64,000 bases of DNA, from assembly GCA_043826355.1 (NCBI GenBank), contig JBDRQI010000002.1, positions 32,001-96,000 on the forward strand. Reading direction: 5' to 3'. The position numbers and the translations under genes were made by a program. Numbering within the stretch: the stretch's first letter is position 1; each line of letters begins with the position of its first letter. Shown in pieces: positions 58,131 through 64,000 of the stretch. Below the pieces are notes generated by a model. The model was not told the origin of the DNA. It did no database searches and worked only from the letters and a program-made list of their open reading frames with translations. The DNA comes from Candidatus Omnitrophota bacterium. GTDB taxonomy: Bacteria > Ratteibacteria > UBA8468 > MWAK01.

Positions 58131-59129
58131 TCAGCCTCCTGGTAAAGATTTTAGAACATCCCTGTTTAATAGAGCCATATCTCCATACCTCTTTTCAGCA
58201 GCGGCTTTGATGTTAACAAGACAGGTTAATGCCATATTGCAGCATGCCTCTTTCGTGCTGCTGCTTATATGGGGAGTCATCAAAATATTTTCAAGCTTTC
58301 GAAGGTCTTTACCGGGACTTACAGGAATGAAAGGTTCGTTTTCAAAAACATCAATTGCGGCACCTGCAATGCGCCCGGCTTTTAATACATCGTAGAGAGC
58401 CTCTTCATCAATAACCTGACCGCGGGAGGTGTTGATAATAACACATTGGGGCTTCAGGGCGGAGAGGAAAGCCCTGTTGACAAAATGGCGTGTAGCGAGA
58501 GTACAGGGGATATGTAAGCTGATAAAATCGGCTTCGGCCAAAGCATGGTCAAGTTTTTGATGAATTTTACAGACGCCGAAATCCTTTTTAACCCGCGCCG
58601 CATCCAGAGAGGCTGTATCGTAACCGCTAACGCGCATTGAAAATCCTGCGGACGCGATTCTTGCGACCTTGCAGCCGATAGAGCCGCAACCGATGACCAG
58701 TAGCGCCTTACCGTACAATTCCGAGCCTATGACGGGATTCCACAGTTTTTGTTTCATTTCATAATGGCTGCGGCCGATATTGTGAGCAAAACTTCCCATT
58801 AAAAGCACAGCATGTTCGGCAACGGAATTATCCAGTACCCCCGGGGTATTGGTTACCAGAATGCCGTTTTTGGTCGATTGGGTTTTGTCTATACCGTCAT
58901 GGCCGACGCCGAATCTGGCAATAACTCCGCCCCTGGGCAAAGATTCATATAGACGGTTACGGTATGCCTCTAAGCCGACAACAGCGGCGAATGCACGGTT
59001 TTCGCGAATTGCCTCCGAGAGGAAAAATTCATCAGGTTCAGCCGGCGTGCATGTGAAATCTTTAAATGCCGCAAATACTTCCCTTGCCTTGTAAAATTCT
59101 TTTTCTGTCACGGCTATAATCGGTTTCAT
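58131..59129 (-). CDS. D-2-hydroxyacid/phosphoglycerate dehydrogenase family
   Basis: RFGVGHD, NTPG, IGCGSIG, INTSRG, DVFENEP, TPHISS. Confidence 0.9.
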   Translation of the reverse strand: MKPIIAVTEKEFYKAREVFAAFKDFTCTPAEPDEFFLSEAIRENRAFAAVVGLEAYRNRLYESLPRGGVIARFGVGHDGIDKTQSTKNGILVTNTPGVLDNSVAEHAVLLMGSFAHNIGRSHYEMKQKLWNPVIGSELYGKALLVIGCGSIGCKVARIASAGFSMRVSGYDTASLDAARVKKDFGVCKIHQKLDHALAEADFISLHIPCTLATRHFVNRAFLSALKPQCVIINTSRGQVIDEEALYDVLKAGRIAGAAIDVFENEPFIPVSPGKDLRKLENILMTPHISSSTKEACCNMALTCLVNIKAAAEKRYGDMALLNRDVLKSLPGG

Positions 59130-59155
59130 AAATAAGTTGCCTTTATTCTGCCCTT

Positions 59156-61012
59156 TTAGATTGACCGGAAATTGGCTATTATTTCACCGACCCGCAAAGC
59201 ACGTCCGTATACCCGCAGAGAGCTGATTGCCTGCGATAGATTCCATGATGAAGACCCGTTGCAATGGCGCAAATTAGGGCTGAAACGTCCCCACCCGAAC
59301 TGCCTGTGCTCTCCACCGTCATTGAGCACGCCGTCAATTGTAAAGGTTATTATACAAGGCCCGGCATCGACTGTAACGGCGAGACGATGTTTCCGCCCGG
59401 ATTTGAGGATCCCGGGGTCGCAATCCCATCTGTTTTCTGTGCGTCCGTCATTAAGTGAGATTTTCACTGTTCCCTGCAGGGTTGTCACAAGCGTTAACCC
59501 CTTTCCGTCTGGGCAGCGTCCGTCAATCAGTACCTGACCGGGATAAATGTCGTCAAGTTTCAAACACATTTCAATCGTGAATCCCCGTCTCGTATGCCTG
59601 GTGCCATAATCGGCGCTCGATGAATCCATCTCGCAGAAAAGAGGCAAAAGCGGAGCTTTTATCGCAGGAGGAATATATTTCCCATCCGGCAGTTCCAGCA
59701 GCAGGCCGTCCCGCACGATTCCTTTTGCCGTAAACTGGTTCCAAAGGACGTCAAGCAATGCAGGGTCAATTTTATGGACACGCGCCTTGTTTTTCTGGGT
59801 CTCTGTCAGGAAAAATTCGCCGTCTTCCTCCACCATATCGGGATAGCTCATGCGAACATAAGGGTCATCGTCGTATAATACAATTTCCGGTTGCGACCAG
59901 AGGATTTCCCTTCCTCCCGGAGTGTCAATTTCCTCACCACCGCAGAGCCAGACAGGGTTGCGGTCATCGTAGGGATTGCAGTTATCGCTGACAACTGTGT
60001 TGTCTTCAGAAGAGCTGTTCCACATTTCTCTTATAAAACGGCCGCCGTGGTTGTGAAACCAGTACAGGTATTTTCCGTTGCTGCATTTCCAGACAAAATT
60101 TGCGGCACGCGGATGCTTCATCAATCTACCATCAGCATACCGCTTGTATCTCGGCTCGGTCCATGTGTGGCCGCCGTCCCGGCTATAAGATTCCACCGGA
60201 TATCCGTCAATGGAACGGTAGACGCAGTAAAACGAGCCGTCGCTTAGAACGCAGAAACTCTGCTCCTCGCTCACGGGACCGCCTCCGGGCGGTGTTCTCA
60301 GGCCTTGTTCACCGTCAGGCAGTGTCTCCCAGCGGATTTTTTCAGGCTCATTTTCTGTCAGCAGGTTGTCGCTTTTCAGTAAGGCTCCTTCTGATTGTGC
60401 GAAAAAACCTTCCCCCATGCGGCCAACCTTGTGCAGGGGAACATATGCGGAGCCGGCATGAATGAAAGGTTTGCCGACATTCCAGAAAAAACGCAGTTTG
60501 CCTCTATAGATATTCTCCCTGTCGCAGGCAAACTCACGTACAGGAACAACATACCGTTTTACCGACCAGTTCCGGCCGTGGTCGTCACTATACTTGAATA
60601 CAAAATAGCCGAGGCAATCCACGCGGTCGAAAGCCCCTTTGCCGTCATGACGTTCCACTTTGCGTATATTGTCGGTGTTATGGTTGTAAAAGATGTATAT
60701 ACGTCCGTATGGTCCATTAACGGATGGTTGTCGCCTGCCCTGCTTTGATGGAAAGGGGATTTTCAACATTACCGCATATGAATTTTCCGGGCTGTCCATT
60801 GTTTCCAACGGTACGGGTTCTGACCATTTGCATCCTTTATCGGCGCTGCGGAGAGTTATAACATGCTGTCCTTTGTCCCCTTCACTTCCCTTACCCGTTG
60901 TGATACAGCATAGCCAGGCATCGTCATCCGTTGGTACTATATACGGCTGGTCACAGTAACTTTCCGCAGGTATTTCCCTGCCCTGAATAATTTGCCGGTT
61001 ATCAATACACAC
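59156..61012 (-). CDS. Sialidase-like BNR/Asp-box beta-propeller with C-terminal LamG-like domain
   Basis: Asp-boxes SADKGCKW, SDDHGRNW, SRDGGHTW; RMSYPD; no signal peptide; GTG start after GGAGG. Confidence 0.75.
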   Translation of the reverse strand: MCIDNRQIIQGREIPAESYCDQPYIVPTDDDAWLCCITTGKGSEGDKGQHVITLRSADKGCKWSEPVPLETMDSPENSYAVMLKIPFPSKQGRRQPSVNGPYGRIYIFYNHNTDNIRKVERHDGKGAFDRVDCLGYFVFKYSDDHGRNWSVKRYVVPVREFACDRENIYRGKLRFFWNVGKPFIHAGSAYVPLHKVGRMGEGFFAQSEGALLKSDNLLTENEPEKIRWETLPDGEQGLRTPPGGGPVSEEQSFCVLSDGSFYCVYRSIDGYPVESYSRDGGHTWTEPRYKRYADGRLMKHPRAANFVWKCSNGKYLYWFHNHGGRFIREMWNSSSEDNTVVSDNCNPYDDRNPVWLCGGEEIDTPGGREILWSQPEIVLYDDDPYVRMSYPDMVEEDGEFFLTETQKNKARVHKIDPALLDVLWNQFTAKGIVRDGLLLELPDGKYIPPAIKAPLLPLFCEMDSSSADYGTRHTRRGFTIEMCLKLDDIYPGQVLIDGRCPDGKGLTLVTTLQGTVKISLNDGRTENRWDCDPGILKSGRKHRLAVTVDAGPCIITFTIDGVLNDGGEHRQFGWGRFSPNLRHCNGSSSWNLSQAISSLRVYGRALRVGEIIANFRSI

Positions 61013-61693
61013 AATAATCCTCCAATCATTTATTCGGCTTCCTCAATGTATATGAATACGCCTCGTTGCCTCCTCCTTGCTTCTTGCGGAAGACGCTTCG
61101 GTCAACAGGGGACGGTTCACCGACTCACTGCCCTTGCCAAACGATGCTCTTTACTCATCGCATCGGCAATACTGTCTCGCCCTCAGTGCTATATGCGGTG
61201 TTCCTTGCCCGTCGCACCAGCACCCTTGCTATATGGCAAACTCAATTCGGTATTACCATAATTTTGATGGCGAATTAGTATTATTCGATATCCCATTTGA
61301 CTTATAAAAAAAACTGTTTTAACTCCAAATTCTGATTTACTCTTCACATATTACTGCTGTATACCACCATGGCGAAGAAAAATCCGCAATTACCTTCAGA
61401 TTTTTCTCAACCCGCAATCAAACCCTCTTTCTACGCTTTGCCCCCAATCCCTTGCTCCGAACGCTCTTGCCCTGTTTCTTTTTTACGGGGTCTCGATTTA
61501 TCGCTTTTCCTCTGCATCTCTTTCAAAGTGAGGAGTCACTAATTTGCTTTCTAAGTGCGGGATTGCAGATTTTGTATTATTGTTTTCACCCATTGGGTTG
61601 CTCCTCTGCAAGTGCGGTTTTTCCTGTATTATAGAGGAGAAACGGCCTATTGTCCATATAATTTTCCACCTTTATTTGGAGGATACGGGTTTA

Positions 61694-62521
61694 CTAAACC
61701 ACAATAACCCCGGCGTAGCCCACCACGGAATCCTTATCCCCGCAGGTATCCCCGCTGGTATTATACATCACCAACTCTGCTTTCTGCGCATTGAGTTCCC
61801 GGGCCGCCTCGAGCATAATGGCGGTTGGACCGACCCCGCACATAGAGATATCCCTTTCCGCGGTCCGGCGCAAAAGCAGTTCCGGGTCCAAGGCTAATAC
61901 TGCTCCCAGCGCATACTTGTCCTTCTCCCGTGCAACCCGGTCCGGCTCGTAATGGGTCATATCGGAACTGGCGATGACTAGCGTCTCCTTTTTGCTGTTT
62001 TTGATAAAGCCAGCCATCTCCTTTCCCATTTTCAGGAGGTTTGTTTGCTGTAGAGAACCGACCACAATCGGAATAATTTCAAACGGGTTTTGGGCACAAA
62101 ATTGCAAAAACGGCACCTGCACTTCCAGGGAATGTTCAGATTGGTGGGCGCTTTCATCCTCTTTTAAGAGAGAACTCTGCGTCAGAAGATTTTTGGCCAG
62201 AGAAGAGATGGGAATTTCGCCCAAAGGTGTCTGCCAGGCGCCTTCTGCCATCAGGGAGAAGGCCGGACCAAGGCCGGTGTGGTTTGGACCTAAGATTATG
62301 ACCAGTTCCGGGATGGAGAGCCGGCTGTAAACTGCGCCGGCCACCACGCCGGAGCAGACGTAACCGGCGTGTGGGACGATGGCGCCGACGGCTGAAATTT
62401 TTTCACCCCCCCACCTCGCCTCCCCCACCATGGGGGAGGAAACAAGCGAAGTTAGCATTTCACGCAGGGCTCTAGCGCTGGACGGATAGAATGTGCCGCT
62501 GACCACTGGTTTGCGAAGCAT
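61694..62521 (-). CDS. amrB: AmmeMemoRadiSam system protein B (MEMO1 family)
   Basis: RKPVVSGTFYP, PHAGYVCSG, GPNH, EHSLEVQVPFLQ, ASSDMTHY, SMCG, VVGYA. Confidence 0.93.
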   Translation of the reverse strand: MLRKPVVSGTFYPSSARALREMLTSLVSSPMVGEARWGGEKISAVGAIVPHAGYVCSGVVAGAVYSRLSIPELVIILGPNHTGLGPAFSLMAEGAWQTPLGEIPISSLAKNLLTQSSLLKEDESAHQSEHSLEVQVPFLQFCAQNPFEIIPIVVGSLQQTNLLKMGKEMAGFIKNSKKETLVIASSDMTHYEPDRVAREKDKYALGAVLALDPELLLRRTAERDISMCGVGPTAIMLEAARELNAQKAELVMYNTSGDTCGDKDSVVGYAGVIVV

Positions 62522-62568
62522 GATTATTTCCCCTCACCTCTCCCCAACGGGGAGAGGAATGAATAAAA

Positions 62569-63561
62569 TCAGGCGGTTAGGTTTTCCAGGCCGGTTTTGG
62601 TGACCAGGTAGGTGTCCTCCACCCTCATTCCGCCCCAGCCCGGTATATAGACCGCCGGCTCCAGCGTTATCACCATTCCCGGCTTTAGAATGTCCCGGCT
62701 CCCGGGACTTAAGGTTGGCTCTTCGTGAACGGAAAGGCCGACGCCGTGCCCGATACTGTGGATAAAGTACTGGTCCAGGGCCTTTTTTTTCAGGATGTTC
62801 CGGCCGGCAGCATCCACGTCTTTAGCCGGTACGCCCGGCCCGGCTTTTTTCTCCGCGGCTTTCTTGGCCGTAGAAAGGATTCGGAGAATTTCCAAAGCCT
62901 TCTTATCTTTTTTACCGGGAAAGAAGACCCGGGTAAGGTCCGAACAGTAGCCGGAATATTTGGCGCCGAAATCCACCACTACCCAACTCTGGCCGGATAT
63001 TTTGCTTGTTGTTGGAATTGCGTGCGGAAAGAAGGTGCGCTCTCCGGAAGCCGCGATGACCGGGAAAGCCGGCCCGGCTCCGCCTTCTTCCATGCGTCTT
63101 TGCAAGAGAAGCGCTAATTCCTCCTCTTGTGCGCCGGGTTTCAGCATTTTTTGCGCCTGTCGGAAGGCATTTCCGGTAATCCGGCCGGCTTTGCGGATGA
63201 GCGTAATTTCCGCCTCGTCTTTTACGGACCGTATCTGGAGCGGCAGAAGGTTCGGTTCAAAAAATGTTGCCGGAAAGGTCTCCTTCAGTTTTACAAAATG
63301 ACCGGTTGACAGTTCCGGTTCCATCCCCACTTTTTTCAGACCGGAGATGATTGATTTTTTATCCCACAATTCAACGGATTTTCGCAGGGGTAAATTGCCG
63401 GAAAGATAAAACAGGGCTTCCTGGTAAATCAGGGGGTGGGTAAAAAGAAAGATTTCTTTAGAAGTGACGATGCTGAAAACGTCTTCCAGAAAGAGCCCGG
63501 TAAAGTAACCGATGTTTTCAAGATTCTGCAGCAGAAAGCCGTCAAACCCTTCGACCGCCAT
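62569..63561 (-). CDS. Xaa-Pro aminopeptidase (M24); start uncertain
   Basis: RSVKDEAEI, PH, DFGAKYSGYCSDLTR, HSIGHGVGLSVHE, TLEP, RVED. Confidence 0.9.
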   Translation of the reverse strand: MAVEGFDGFLLQNLENIGYFTGLFLEDVFSIVTSKEIFLFTHPLIYQEALFYLSGNLPLRKSVELWDKKSIISGLKKVGMEPELSTGHFVKLKETFPATFFEPNLLPLQIRSVKDEAEITLIRKAGRITGNAFRQAQKMLKPGAQEEELALLLQRRMEEGGAGPAFPVIAASGERTFFPHAIPTTSKISGQSWVVVDFGAKYSGYCSDLTRVFFPGKKDKKALEILRILSTAKKAAEKKAGPGVPAKDVDAAGRNILKKKALDQYFIHSIGHGVGLSVHEEPTLSPGSRDILKPGMVITLEPAVYIPGWGGMRVEDTYLVTKTGLENLTA

Positions 63562-63601
63562 CAGATTCCGGAGCCGCCGCTGCCGGCCAAATAAAGTTTT
63601 T

Positions 63602-64000
63602 TTAGAGTAGGGCGGCCAGGAGGGCCTTTTGAAGGTGGAGACGGTTTTCGGCCTGGTCCCAGACGATGGAATTAGGGCCATCAATTACCTCGTCAGTTAT
63701 CTCTTCTCCGCGGTGGGCAGGCAGGCAGTGCATCACCATTACCTTGGAGGGAGCGCTCTTCAGGAGGAAGCTGTTCACCTGATAGGGTCGGAATATTTTT
63801 TTCTCTTTTTTCGCCCCTTCCTGGCCCATACTCACCCAGGTATCGGTGTAGATGAAGTCAACGTCTGAAAGGCTGACTTTCGGGTTGCTGGTGATCATTA
63901 TCCTCTTATGGCCGTTCTTCAACTTTGCCAGCACTTCTTTTCGGGGCTGATAACCCTTAGGAGCTATCACCAGCATCTCTACTCCAAGGAGATCTGCCGT
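63602..64000 (-). CDS. argF: Ornithine carbamoyltransferase, 3' part (runs off window)
   Basis: YTDTWVSMGQE, HCLPAHRGEE, DQAENRLH. Confidence 0.93.
   Translation of the reverse strand, partial: TADLLGVEMLVIAPKGYQPRKEVLAKLKNGHKRIMITSNPKVSLSDVDFIYTDTWVSMGQEGAKKEKKIFRPYQVNSFLLKSAPSKVMVMHCLPAHRGEEITDEVIDGPNSIVWDQAENRLHLQKALLAALL

Noticed and set aside
61030..61690. Small ORFs, a GNAT-like QGIGGK..KEGL fragment and possible repeat remnants
   Set aside because: Interrupted by stops, no consistent frame or clear terminal repeats; cannot be supported without searches

Overview
Bacterial chromosomal window from a diderm (lpxA, lpxI, LolA-like gene), probably anaerobic, sugar-degrading organism; the lineage cannot be fixed from sequence alone. 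Housekeeping genes (mscL, cutA, fmt, mnmE, carA, split carB, purF, guaA, hisH, argF, larB, ugd) and three tRNAs (Leu-TAA, the unusual Arg-GCG, Ser-CGA) are interspersed with carbohydrate-catabolic genes (GH29, GH78, GH106-like, sialidase-like, alginate-lyase-like, two unclassified secreted glycosidase-like paralogs) and a THF methyl-branch cluster (fchA-folD-metV-metF-fhs). No CRISPR array, rRNA, integrase or transposase was seen. Main observations: (1) the carA leader has two hairpins with A1/G4 hexaloops overlapping an intrinsic terminator, matching the ANTAR antitermination substrate, and a GAF-ANTAR gene lies about 8 kb away beside a bacterial translin homolog; (2) REP-like palindromes are inserted in frame in several otherwise intact genes; (3) an XRE-HTH plus nucleotidyltransferase pair has a perfect 24-bp operator and an apparently leaderless promoter; (4) deoxy-sugar glycosidases and UroD/MtaA-like genes run co-directionally into the methyl-branch genes; (5) carB is split and flanked by two MITE-like foldbacks; (6) inverted copies of the tRNA T-arm follow two tRNA genes. 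All functional calls come from motif recognition by eye, not database searches.
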